Assembly (NCBI GenBank): GCA_012862495.1
Contig: BLSG01000379.1
Coordinates: 76,895 to 115,218 of the forward strand
DNA from: Thraustochytrium aureum
Lineage: Eukaryota
Direction: 5' to 3'
Length of the DNA stretch: 38,324 nt
The notes beneath the pieces are model-generated. The model did not search any database. It was not told where the DNA came from and was given only the letters and a program-made list of their open reading frames with translations. The stretch's first letter is position 1; the number at the start of each line of letters is the position of its first letter. The position numbers and the translations under genes are program-made. Of this stretch, positions 19,422 through 30,907 are shown piece after piece.

Positions 19422-22400
19422 CTAGGAAGCGTGCGCTTGGCGCAGCTGCTGAAACGCTTGCAGCCAGCGGTCGCGCACCTCGACAGAGTCCGACTCGAGG
19501 TCCAAAGTGCGCGCAGAAGATACAAGCGAAAAGAAAAGGCCCGCTTTGCTCGCCGTCAGTGAGCCCGAAAGAGTTGTGCTTCCTTGCGAGGTAGACCGAC
19601 CCCTTGTTCGAGCCAGTGAGGCCAGGGCCCAGGCCGAGCCTCGCCGGGGGCGCGGCGACCCGAGCTTGCGCAGCACGTCGGTCTCCATGCCACCGATGAC
19701 GTCGTTGACTTGCGAGACAGAAATACTCCTCGCCCGAACTTTCGCAGTCGGGTTGGCGGGGTCTGGGCGCTTGTCAAGCGGGCACCAATAGACGCGTTCT
19801 AGCTTTTCGTCGCACCAGACGAAGCGAGCGTGCGGCGCGCCACGGCGACAGTGCTTGAGAAAAACGCCTCCCTTGCGGAGCAGGTCGAAGGTTTGCTTGC
19901 CAACGCGCCCGGCCGCGACCGAGGAGGCCAGGTGCACCTCGTCGCCTACGACTTGAATCGTGTGGATGTCGTTGCGCTTCACGCCATCGGGAAGGTCGCC
20001 GCGCTGTTTGGCGAATGGCGACCCCGGCTCCTCGGGAGCCTTGCACTCCTCGTCAAAAGCAGAGTCGATTTCAACCGAGCTGTTGAGCGCATTCTCTGGC
20101 ATGGAAGCGTCAATCCGAAGTGCACTACTGAAGCTGTCGTCGTGGTGGTGACTGCTGGAATCCAGAGAAAAGGCGTTGTCGACACTGCGCCCACCAGTAA
20201 GTTCGCTTGCAGAGTCGGCAGCGCACGTGTCGCCAAACTCGTCTTGTCCATAGAAGGGGTGTGTGTTGTGCAGGTCGGAGCCTGTCGAGTGCGTGGGGCT
20301 CACATCGCCATCAAGATCATCGAGAAAGCCGAGGTAGCCGAGGTCGTCTGGGCGCTCTGCAGACTCGGCCGAAGAATTTCGCTTTCGGTCTTGCTTCAGA
20401 CCGAGGAGCGCAGACACCGCCCTCGTGGCCTCAAAGCGCGGGCTTGCCGGGTCTCGCCTGGGCGACATCGAGTTTGGCGCACTAGCCCCTTTTCGTGGGC
20501 TTTGAGCGAGTCCCGCTGCGGCTGGACCGGTAGCAGCTGCTGCGCGCTCAGCATCGAGGAGCTGCTCGAGCACCTTGCGCCCAGCTCCGCTGGTCTTGGT
20601 TGAGCTCGGCCGGCTCGGGGGAACGGGGCGCCGCGGAGACGGCAGCGGCCATTTGCCAGGAACGCCGCAAGCAGGTGAGCACACCTGATCCGCGCCGGTG
20701 GCGACCGCACGAGGTTGGTTATCGCTCTGCAGCGGTGGGTTTTGCGCCGGGGCTTGCGTCGCGTAGTCGAGTTGGCCTTCGTACTTCCACATTTGGAGGA
20801 AGCGCTTGTAGAGTTTATCTGCGCCGTTCAAAAGGCCTGATGGGGACGACTTGAGGTCCTTGCGCTTCTCGACGAGAGCGACCACGTAGGACCGACGCAA
20901 GCACTTTGCAAGATGCTGCACGAAAGCCTTGAAAGCCCGCTCCGGCTCGCCAGCAGCTGCGACGTCCGGGAATGCGACATATGCCACCCGAAGGAGGGCG
21001 TCGAGAAACTGTCCAAAGGAGAGTGTGGGCCGGTCCCAAACCTTGGAGCCGTCGGGGTGAACGAATTCGAATGTGGCGCTGGAAACGTCGGGCTCGGCTC
21101 TTTCCGAGACCTCGGCCTCGCTGCTGCCCGCGTTCGTCGTCTCCGGGGCCGAGTCCTTTTGAGCGAGTTCGGAGCTAGCCCCGCTGCTCGAGTGGATTGC
21201 CTCGTCGCTCCCAACGTTGTTGAGGCCAACGCTGTTCTCCCTTGCGCCATCGTCGGCGACGACCTCGACCGCCCAGCCGTCGGCTTCATGCCCTGTCGGG
21301 CCGTCTGGTCCGCCTTTGGACAAAGCTGTGAGGGTGGCGCCCACGGCAGAGCCTGGCGGCTCTGCAGTCTTGAGCTCGCTGGCCTTGAGCGCGGCAGCCC
21401 GTGCTAGCTCGGAGCCCTTTTGCTTCAGACTGGCGAGTTCGCGGTCGGCGGCGGTCACGATGCGCAAGCCCTGGCGCTTGGAGGAGACCTGGATCCCGCG
21501 CGTCTGGGTAGCGGCGAGGTAGATCTCCGCTAGCTGTGGGCGAACGTTGAGTTCCGCGAAGCGAAAGTCCACTGCAAAGGTGGAGAACGAGTGGAAGGTC
21601 AGCGTGAGGTCGTCCTCGGTGTCAAGCTTGTTGGAGGAAACGGCTGGAGCGTAGAATCGGAAGAGGTCGTACAAAGGGCCGGCGTATCGACGCAGCACGC
21701 AGAGCAGGGCGTCCGACGACGATAGCGCGGCCTGGCGCTCCCACTTTTGCACATTCCAGTTGGTTGCTTGCGGAAGGATGCGCTGCGAGACGAGCTGCGC
21801 GAAGCTCGTCATGAGGGCTCGCGCGGGGCGCTTCTTGGGCTCGGCTCCGCGGCGCTTGTCTGCTCGCTCGTGAAGCCGGCGCGTGATTTCCAAAAGGGCG
21901 TCCAGGAAGTCGTCAAACTCCAGCTTGTTGCTGTGCGTGCCTGCCTTGCAGTTGGAGGCGAACACGAGGTTGATGATTGCGGGGCAAAAGCTTGCGTTGT
22001 CGACGAGCTGGCAATCGTGCAAGAGGCCGACAAACCCGCGGCGGTCCATGGTGAAAGGACGGAGCGAGTCGACTTGCACGCAGTAAAATGTAAACACGCG
22101 CCAGAGCTCCGCGTACCGCTCGATCACAGGGTTGGCGGCTGGGTGGCGGCGGCGGCGGCGGCGGCAGCGAGGCTCTCACGGCGTTGGGCTGAGGTCTGGC
22201 TTGATGCGCTCGTCCCCCGAAGCGCTGCGGCGAGCCCTGCATCGTGTCCGAGTGCCCCCCGAAGCGCTGCGGCGAGCCCTGCATCGTGCCTGAGTTGTGG
22301 CTCTGACTGAACTTGAACTCTGACCGTTGGGAACGCGGCGACTCTGATGCTACGTCAGAGTGGATTGTGTGGAGCTCCACAGCAGGTCTGCGGCCGGTTT

Positions 22401-23358
22401 CGAGTGGGCCGTTGGCGGCGCGAGGCGCCTTTCGTGAGGCTGCGACAGCCGCGTTAAACGAAGGCGCTTCTTGCTGAGGCTCCCTGTGAGGATGTAGCGA
22501 CGACTGCATGTTTGCTTGCACGAGGTTGTTGATTGTAATGACATTGGTGCCCCGTGGGGTGCGCGGGCTCGCATCAAACGCGTCGTAGTCCGGGTGGAGC
22601 TCTGTGTAGATCACGCCCCCGCCTATGTCGCGATGTTGGTGCGCGGTGGCGCTGGGCTTGCGCGCGAGGACGATCTCCTTGTCTGCGAGGATGCCGGAGT
22701 CGAGGAGGCTGGCGACGAGCGCCGCTTCGGGCCAGGAGCAGCCGTCCTCGTCTGTGAGCACGACCTGGTCGGCGGCGAGTGACCAGTAGCGCGCCGCCTC
22801 TCTACGGAGGGTGGCGAACGTATAGTCTGCCGTGATCCAGATGCTATAGGGCTCCCCCAAGTAGTTTACTGTGATTTTGCTGCTCAGGAATCGCGGATCG
22901 CGGCGCGTGGAGGCGTTTCCCACGCCTGGCTGCTGCTGCTCGAGTTGGATCAGCTTGTAGCGTGACATTTCCACGGTCGAGGAGTGGGCGGGCTGAGCCG
23001 AGCCTCGCTGGGCGGCCTTGGTGCCCGAGGTCGTTGAGGTTCCGATTTCTGTTCCGGTCTCGGCCTGCGCCTCTGCGCCCCGCAGCCTGACCTGGATGAT
23101 GGGTAGAAACTCTCGCGCGAGGATGTGGCTTTCCTGTTTACGCGAGACAGGGACGCGGTCAGGCAACAGGAACGCAAAGTTCGATCTCGTCACAGACGCA
23201 AACCCGTCGACCTCGGTGCATATCTTGAGCCTCGCCTCTGCAAGTGTCGTCGCCGAGCCAACCTCGACAAACCCAGCCACGCCGTCATCCTCCACCGCGA
23301 CTCGCAGCACGTCCGTGCTGGACCAGGTCGAGGACCCAACCCTCGGCGCGTTGGCCAT
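19422..23358 (-). CDS. Multidomain protein: two putative ubiquitin-like segments, EF-hand-like helical region, C-terminal PLC-type PH domain; frame break near 22130-22220
   Basis: C-terminal PH motifs LLRKGGVFLKH...HARFVW...VYW and FFSLVSSARTLDLESDSVEVRDRWLQAFQQL. Degenerate EF-hand-like segments LWRVFTFYC...MDRRGFVGLLHDC, LEFDDFLDALLEI and LSFGQFLDALLRVA. ORFs 21913-23358 and 19422-22127 overlap in different frames and read as one gene. Confidence 0.78.
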
Positions 23359-23501
23359 CGTTCGTCAACCCTCTGCGTTCTCGGAGTCCTTCTTCAGCGC
23401 CGTCTGGCCCTCCAGAGGCCGGCCTTGCGCCGCGGGTTTTGACAGCAGCCGCCAGCCGACCTGAGCGCCTCACGACCGACTGTGCGCGCCTCTGTCCAAA
23501 C

Positions 23502-23558
23502 CTGCTCTGCTCTGCTCTGCTCTTCTGCTCTGCTCTTCTGCTTTGCTTAGCTCTGCTC
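23502..23558. repeat. Degenerate (CTCTG)n microsatellite
   Basis: ctgctctgctctgctctgctcttctgctctgctcttctgctttgcttagctctgctc. Confidence 0.8.
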
Positions 23559-23739
23559 CACGCGAAAAAAAAACCACGCCACAATGCCTCCTTTTCTTTT
23601 ACTATGCTGCATGTGTTAAAAGTGAGCAAAACCAAAACACGACTCCGCGCAGTGTCAACGGTACCTTTGAGAATAAAGAATTATACTGTGGCCCGCTCTT
23701 CCACGGCTGCGGGCTGCGCTAGGTCGAGGGTTCGGGGGA

Positions 23740-23927
23740 GGGTTAGGTCGCGTTTCCGGTTTCGCTCTGTGTGTGAGGTCGGGTTAGGTCGCGATTCCGC
23801 CGCTGCCTGGCGCGGGTCCAGTAAGGGAGCACCGGGTTAGGTCGCTGCTCGCTGCGCGCCGGGTTAGGTCGCGATTCCGCCGCTGCGTGGCGCGGGTCCA
23901 GTAAGGGGGCACCGGGTTAGGTCGCTG
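23740..23927 (+). repeat. 80-bp-period direct repeat with five GGGTTAGGTCGC motifs, upstream of prefoldin 5
   Basis: 23780-23847 and 23860-23927 are near-identical. GGGTTAGGTCGC starts at 23740, 23781, 23834, 23861 and 23914. Confidence 0.88.
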
Positions 23928-24087
23928 GGCCGTTTGGATGAGCGAGCGAGCGGGAGGGCAGAGCGCGATTGGGGGGCTGTCGGGCGTGCGCGGGCTGGCT
24001 GGGGACTGGCGCGCGGAGGAGTACCTGCTGGACGCACTTTGGCACTGGCGTACGTGCGCTTGAAGAGCAAGCGCGAGGATCGCCAGG

Positions 24088-24926
24088 ATGGAGGCCGATC
24101 CGTCGCAAATGTCGCTCCGGCAGCTGTCCGATATGCGTGAGAATCTTCGCAAGGTAGGTGAGGCGACCGGGCGCGGGCGCACGGGAGGCCGCGGGGATGG
24201 GTGGCCGCTGTGGGACGCGCTGACGAGAGTGGGCCGTGGCGGGGGATCCTGCCTCGGATCGCGTGGGAATGCAGGAGATTGGGGAGAATCAGGCACGGTA
24301 TCAGAGCATGGCCGCTGCGCTTGGACGGTATCAAGACTCGCTGCGGTCCATCGAGATGATCGAGAAGGCGAAAGAAGGCAAGTTGACTCGCGTTGGCTGG
24401 CGCTTTGGGCTGTCGCGGTTTCCTCGCGTTGGCCGGTTTTTGTGGACTGGCGCGTTTTCCTCGCGTTGGCTGGTTTTTGTGGGCTGGCGCGGTTTCCTTG
24501 CGTTGGCCGGTTTTTGTGGACTGGCGCTGACGATTGCCCTCTCCTGAGCAGGCGACCCCATGCTCGTGCCAATGACCGGATCGCTCTTCGTGCCGGGCAA
24601 ATTGGTAAACACCACGCACGTTACGGTTGAGATCGGGACAGGTTTCTTCGTGAAGCGCGAGGTGAATGACGCAAAGTCGTTCTGCGACCGCAAGGTGAGT
24701 CTGCCTGAGTGCAAGCATAGAGTCGCAGCACGGGAATGGGGAATGGGCGGCACGCTTACATACGTGTTGGGGGATCGGGCAGATTGCTTCTTTGCGCCAG
24801 TTCACAGAACGTGTGGGGGAGAGTATTTTGGCAATGTCAAACAACGTCAACCAGGTTGAACAGATCATGCAGATCAAGGTTCAACAGCTCAAGGCACAAG
24901 AGGAAGAGGGCGCCAGCGCGCAGTAG
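24088..24926 (+). CDS. PFDN5: Prefoldin subunit 5 (alpha type), 151 aa; exons 24088-24153, 24275-24377, 24552-24694, 24783-24926
   Basis: Hallmark MLVPMTGSLFVPGKLVNTTHVTVEIGTGFFVKREVNDAKSFCDRK and C-terminal ...MQIKVQQL. Introns: GTAGGT..GCAG (24154-24274), GCAAGT..GCAG (24378-24551, GC-AG) and GTGAGT..GCAG (24695-24782). The exons sum to 456 nt and stay in frame. Confidence 0.92.
24389..24527. repeat. ~37-bp minisatellite (~3.8 copies) filling the prefoldin GC-AG intron
   Basis: Unit CGCGTTGGCCGGTTTTTGTGGACTGGCGCGTTTTCCT, repeated with few substitutions; the first copy is more degenerate. Confidence 0.88.
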
Positions 24927-25340
24927 GCTTTTTGAAACCGCAATCGCGCCTCTATTTCTGTTTCGTTGCTCCTTTCAGTGTGTTGGTCTATCGGCTCGCC
25001 TCGGCCCGGCCCGCACTTGCAAGCACAGCGCCCATCGTGAGAGCGAGCTCATGTCAAAGTTGAATCTACGGAAGGCGGCTGTCGAGCAGATGTCAGAAGT
25101 TGTTGGTTGGATGGCTGGGAAATGGGTAGTGTAGGGTGGTTGCTGCAGAGAGGTGCATGTTCGTGAGGTTCCTCGCGCAAAAAAGCACGCCCGCCTGCTC
25201 CACAATGTCGCGCAGAGTCAAGCGATCATAAACCGAGGGATGTTGTTCAGGCCAGGTGCACGCACCGTCCGTACTAGTGGATGGCGCTCAGTCTGGACTT
25301 TCTTCATAGGTGGACTCGGCCCGGGGACGGTGGGTCTGTC

Positions 25341-27102
25341 TCACGTTCGAGGCTGTCCAGACTGGTGTTGGTGGGAAGGTTGCAAGGCTTCTGCTCTCGG
25401 GCCAGGCTCCTGCTGTTGCTCGTGACCGGGAGCGGAGCGCGCCGAGACGCTCGTGGGCGGGCTTGGCGCGCCGTTGTTGCTGTTGTTGTTGGCAGGACCG
25501 GGACCTGGCGCGCTGCGCTGCGCGGCTCGATGTGCATCTTGTTGCGCGTCGCCCGGTCCGAGCGGCAAATTCATTTGCGCGGGGGCGCCGTTCGCACCGC
25601 CGTGCTGCAGGGGGCCTGGTGCGCAGCGAATTGCTGCGGTGGCCCCGCCACGCCCACCGCTGGCGGCGGCATGCCGTAAAACGTCCCAGGAGGCGCGAAA
25701 AACCCGGCTGGGGCCGACATGTACTGCGGCATTCCGTTGGCCCCGGTTGTAGCGACGGTTCCTGCTGCGACGGCTGGTGCTGGAAGAACGGTAGGTGCCC
25801 ACGCGGGCCGGGCCCGTTCGGGTTTGCGATATAGCCGCCCGGCGGGTAGCCAAAGTACGGGCCGAGAAACGGGATCATCCCGTGCGGCGCGTGCATTGGC
25901 GGCGGCTGGTGCTGTTGCTGGTGCTGTTGCTGCTGTTGCGCGGCGCTGGGCCCTCGAGGTTGCTCGACCCGTGCGAGCTGCTGTTGCGAGTCCTGCGGCC
26001 TGGAGGAGTCACCTTGCTGCTGAGATTGCTGCTGTTGGGCCGACACGTCCTGCTCATTCCGCGGCTGGGCAGGCTGCAGCTGCGGCGGGACAAACGGCAA
26101 CCCGTGCTGGACCATGTTGCCCCCCATGTGCATTGTCGGCACCATGTGATAGTACGCTTGGGGACCCGGCGGGACAAACCCAAGCGGCACGCCGCCTGGA
26201 AAAGGCTGGTGGAGCGGCACGGGCGGCACGAGGTGGCCCCGCAGTGCCGGGGCCGTCGTTGCAGGGCCCTGCGGAAAGGCGGAGGCTTCATCTTGGGAGG
26301 CCTGCAGCTTGCGCTTGCGCTCGTCGATGCAGACCTTGTTCTCGCTGTGTCGGTGAAGGTGGTCCTTGCGGCCAAAGCGCTTGCCGCAGACCTCGCACTG
26401 AAATCGCTTGATGCCGTTGTGCACGGTGTCGATGTGCTTTTTGAGGTTGTTCTTGTAGCCGAACTGCATGTTACACACGGTGCACTTGAACGGACGCACG
26501 CCGTCGTGGACGGTGCGGACGTGAAGACGGAGGTCGCCCGCGCGACCAAAGGTTTTGTTGCATTGGCTGCACCGGTGCCGCTTGAGCGCATTATGAACGT
26601 CGTCGATGTGGACCTGCACGTCGACCAGCCTGACGAAGCGCTCGTCGCAGCCACTGCAGCCAAACCGCTTGAGGCGCAGGTGGTCATCGACAAAGTGCTC
26701 TTGGAGGCTCGCGGGCCGGTCAAAGCAGCGGTTGCAGGTGGTGCAGCGGTACGCTCTCCGTCCCGCGGCACCGTGCGTCTCGACGTGCGCTATCGCCTCG
26801 GCTTGATTCTCGCAAATCTTGTCGCAGTGCACGCAGCCAAACGGAACGCTTTGCTCCGCTGATCGCCCCTCGCCTTTGATTTCAAAATGGGTCACATCTG
26901 AGGAGGGGAAGCCGGCCTCGTGGCCTTCGCTGCTCGAGCCTCGGTCGGCGCCGGCGGCTTCGTCCTCGTCCTCCTCCTCGTCGCCTGGGTATGGGTCAAC
27001 TTCGCGGCTGTCTTGAATAACCTTGTCGCGCAGCTGCTGCGCTTCTGTGTCTCCTGCAGCAGACGCTTCTGCGTCGGCGTGGCCTTGCTCGTCACGGTTC
27101 AT
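25341..27102 (-). CDS. C2H2 zinc-finger transcription factor (six fingers) with a Pro/Gln-rich C-terminal region; two apparent 1-nt frame breaks in the tail
   Basis: Fingers CVHC..HVETH, CTTC..HFVDDH, CSGC..HIDDVH, CSQC..HVRTVH, CTVC..HIDTVH and CEVC..HRH, with KRF/RPF linkers. ATG at 27102. The uncorrected ORF ends at 25288, but the Pro/Gln/Gly composition continues in shifted frames to TGA at 25341. Confidence 0.88.
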
Positions 27103-27436
27103 GGCGGCTCCGCCACTTCAGGCCGCCTGAGCCGTCGTGCGGCGCTCGTGTGCGAGCACCGCGCCTGCAGCTCAGGCCTCGGCCACCAGGCGAGGCAAGG
27201 CCGACCAGCGCAGGAAGCTTGCTTTGTCTGCGTTGGCCTCGTCCGAATTCGCCGCAGAAACTGTGCGGCGGTGGTTTGAGCTGCGCCGGACGCCCAACCA
27301 ACCTCCAGCGTGGGGTCGGTCGTCCACAGCAGGAGAATAGCAGCGGGCCGAGCCGCGTTGCTCAGGCGTGCGTCCTCCGCGTTACCCTGTTCAACTCGGG
27401 CGCGGCGCCAGGGTCGCGCACAAGTGCACAAGTGCG

Positions 27437-27805
27437 GGCAGGCAGGCAGGCAGGCAGGCAGGGGTTGGCTGGCACAGTTGCCTGTGCGCAGAATCGCAGT
27501 TGGCGGGCAGGGCAGGGCAGGGCGTTCTTTCGTCCGTCGGCCTTCCGGGAGGTCCCAGGCAGCGTCGGCGCCTCGTCTCGCCCCCGTTCTCGTGCAGCGC
27601 CCGCGCCAGGCGGCGTCGCGCTGCGCGCAGTTCGAGAGCTGTGCGGGAAAGAGGTTGCAGGCTTGGCTGGGCCGGCCTCTTCCTCCTCCTCCTCCTCCTC
27701 CTCCTCTCCAGCAAAGGCATCCAGCGATAGCATGCGGCCTTCAATGATTGATTGATAGACGCAATAGGCTCTCTCTCTCCCCACCTCCGAGCCTCTCTCT
27801 CTCTC
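27437..27805. repeat. Cluster of simple repeats: (GGCA)n, (CCT)n, (CT)n upstream of the zinc-finger gene
   Basis: (GGCA)n at about 27437-27461 and 27505-27521, (CCT)n at 27680-27706, (CT)n at 27770-27805. Confidence 0.75.
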
Positions 27806-29494
27806 GCGCGCCGCTCTCTCGTCCTCCCTGGTTGACGCGAGCAGTCTTGAGCGGCCCCCTTCAAGCCAAACCGCAAGAATCACAAAGGTAAATCCATGCT
27901 GTATGAGTGGCGGCGGCGCAGCGGCTCACATGACGCTGAGAGCTGATAGCTCCCCGCAATGCGCAAGGTCGTCTCCCGTCCGCGAGAGCTGGGAGGGCTC
28001 TGCTGCTGCTCTGGAGTGTCCAGGAGTCCCGAACCGATTTTTCCCCCGACCACCTTGGAGCCGGAAGGAAGCCAACGTTTTTGAAAAGTTATCTTGTTTT
28101 CTGTCTGTTTTTTCGCCACAGGCGATCGGCTTTGTGGGGGCGTCGCTCGTTCGAAGCGCAGTTCTCAGGGCCTCCGTTCGCTCCTCCCGATCACTCACGA
28201 AGGAATAAACCGTTGAAACAGAGCTTGCTTCGGGCGCGACGCCCTTTGCAGGAGGGCGAGGGCGCTTCGAGAAGCTCCCTCCTGAAGCGGTAGAGGGCGC
28301 GGCGAGCGCGAGCGCAAGTACTACGTGGGTTTTTTCGACAAAGTACAACTACACTGTGAGACCTGCTGAGGCCCCCCTCTCGCGCGCTGCTGGTACCGAC
28401 GAGTGGTGTCGATCTATTATTCCAGTTGGACGGTGGACGGTTTTTATTGCATCGAGTGCATCAGGTACTTTCAAGATTGACGGAATAGAACGAACCTTGG
28501 CAACAAGTGGACGCCGCGTTCGTATCCCAGAGGTTGTCTGCGTCAAGAGAGCGTCCGCCGCGCGGCTTCAACAGTCTGCGCTGCATGGTGGACGCGTTGG
28601 TGTCGAATCAGGTGTTGCGCCGGCTCAAGACCTGTCCGTCGTGGCGCTTCAAGTTGCGTGCTGTCCTGCCAACCATGGAAGACAGACCTGACCTTGGCAG
28701 ACAGACGACGACCCTCCTTGTTTGCCGCTTGCTCCAGGAGCCCTCCGCGTCCACTCGCTCTGCTGGGGAGACGCATGATGATTGCCATGGTCGGATCGTG
28801 GTGTCGCAGATCAGAAGGCAGGGCTTAGCTCTCACAGGCCCCGGCTGGACGGCTGGAGAGCCTCATGCATCTCGACAGCCGTCGGTCGGCCTCCTTCTTC
28901 CTCCCCAATGGGCGGCGCCGGATGAAAGGCGGCTGCTAGCAGGGAGGCTGTGTCGGCTTTCAAGTTGTCCTCTAGAGTAGGTATACCTCTTGTAAGTGAC
29001 GACAAGGCGGGTCGCTCGTCCCCTCAAGGACGACCGCCGCTCACCTCATGCTGATGAAACTGCGGTCGGGCGGCCGTTACCGCTGGCGTTGAAGTAGCCC
29101 ACCCTCATGTTGGACAATGCAATGCTCAGGCTCTGTGAGGAAGGTGGAATCTCAGACCTCATGGGCGGTCGCTGGCTTGGTAAGCGTGAGGCGTGAACAG
29201 GTCGCAAACAGCGCCTCCTGAGTGGGCTCGCGGCCATGAGTGGTGCGGGAGCCACACCGTACGCAACTGTGTCGACTCTGGGCAAAAAGAAGCAGCCTAA
29301 AGAAACTCTACCTCATTTGAGTGAGAGCATGATGAGGGATCACTCGCTACTATCCCGAGGTTTTGCCTTGATGGTGCATCGCCGGTTGACTCGGAGGTCG
29401 GTCTTGTCACAGCGCCTCACCTGTTGTTTCCTGGAGAAAGGGGCGATTTGGCAACCAGGTTAGTCGGACGCTACCGCGATGACTTGTGCCTTTT

Positions 29495-29560
29495 ACTCGG
29501 ACTCGCTCAACTCACTCGGACTCGCTCAACTTCACGCGGACTCGCTCAACTTGAACTCGC
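29495..29560. repeat. Short tandem repeat, ~19-20 bp x3 (CGGACTCGCTCAACT core)
   Basis: actcggactcgctcaactc actcggactcgctcaacttc acgcggactcgctcaacttg aactcgc. Confidence 0.85.
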
Positions 29561-30907
29561 CAAGAGCCAATGATGAGACAAACTCGTTTGCAGTCATGAT
29601 CTCCTGTTCTGGTCAGTTTCCTGCTGGTAGCCCATTTGGTCGTTGAAGTGGGCGATGCGCTGCTCTGCGCGGTGCACGCTCATACGAGGTCGCGTATTTG
29701 TGCGACATCGTCGCCCCGGTGCCACGCCGGCGCGCTTCCCAGCTGGGCCACTTGCCCAGCGCGACGAGGAAGCGTGCTGTTGTAGCTCGAGCGAGTACTC
29801 AGCCCGCGGGAGGGCTGAGACGAGCTGAGCTGCTGAGGCCCGCTGGCCGGGGCGCCAGAACAGCGCGACTGCCTCAATCGTGAAGAAGAGACTGTCGCCC
29901 GGCTCTCAGGAGTACTCTCGCAGCAAGTCGTCTGCGAAAGGGTCGAGGTCCGTTCACGCCGTTGGTCGTTTGCGTTCGTTCGCGGGAGGTCATTGCGGCC
30001 TGCAACGGCTGTTGATGCCGCTTCCTGTGGATGCCAACAGGACTCACGGAGGTCATTTCACGGATCACGGACTTGCGGAGCCCCCGTTGGCGTTCACTCT
30101 TGACGATGATGTTTGCGTATCGTCCATCATGAGGCAGTCCCCTCTATCCACTCTTCTTACCTCTACCTACTAGTAGCCTGAGGGTGTGGCGTCCTTGCGG
30201 TCTCGGCATCGGCTTCAGCAGCGACGGATTCGATCGGCGCCACGGCGGCCAGGTTGGATCCGGCGCGGCCGATCGAACGCGGCTAACAGTGGCGGCCAGC
30301 ACCCTGCCAACGCTGCCGCCGCACGGGTCACGGGCGGCAGTTACGAGCTACCCCGCTGCGCAGCCAACCGACCGACCGACCCACCGCGCAAGGCGACACA
30401 CGTCCCGGCCGCGAGGCAAGAGGGCCTGTGCCTCCTCGCTGGTGCGTGGACAAAACCCCTTCCAAGTGTTCTTCCGACCGGAAGAGCAACGAGCTATTCA
30501 TCTGGACTGCAGGCCAAAGAGCTGTTCTCTGCACGGACGATCAACGAGCTGTTCTCCTCTGCTCTCGCGCTCTCTTGACATCCACGAGCGCGCAGAATAC
30601 NNNNNNNNNNNNNNNNNNNNNNNNNNNNNNNNNNNNNNNNNNNNNNNNNNNNNNNNNNNNNNNNNNNNNNNNNNNNNNNNNNNNNNNNNNNNNNNNNNNN
30701 NNNNNNNNNNNNNNNNNNNNNNNNNNNNNNNNNNNNNNNNNNNNNNNNNNNNNNNNNNNNNNNNNNNNNNNNNNNNNNNNNNNNNNNNNNNNNNNNNNNN
30801 NNNNNNNNNNNNNNNNNNNNNNNNNNNNNNNNNNNNNNNNNNNNNNNNNNNNNNNNNNNNNNNNNNNNNNNNNNNNNNNNNNNNNNNNNNNNNNNNNNNN
30901 NNNNAGG

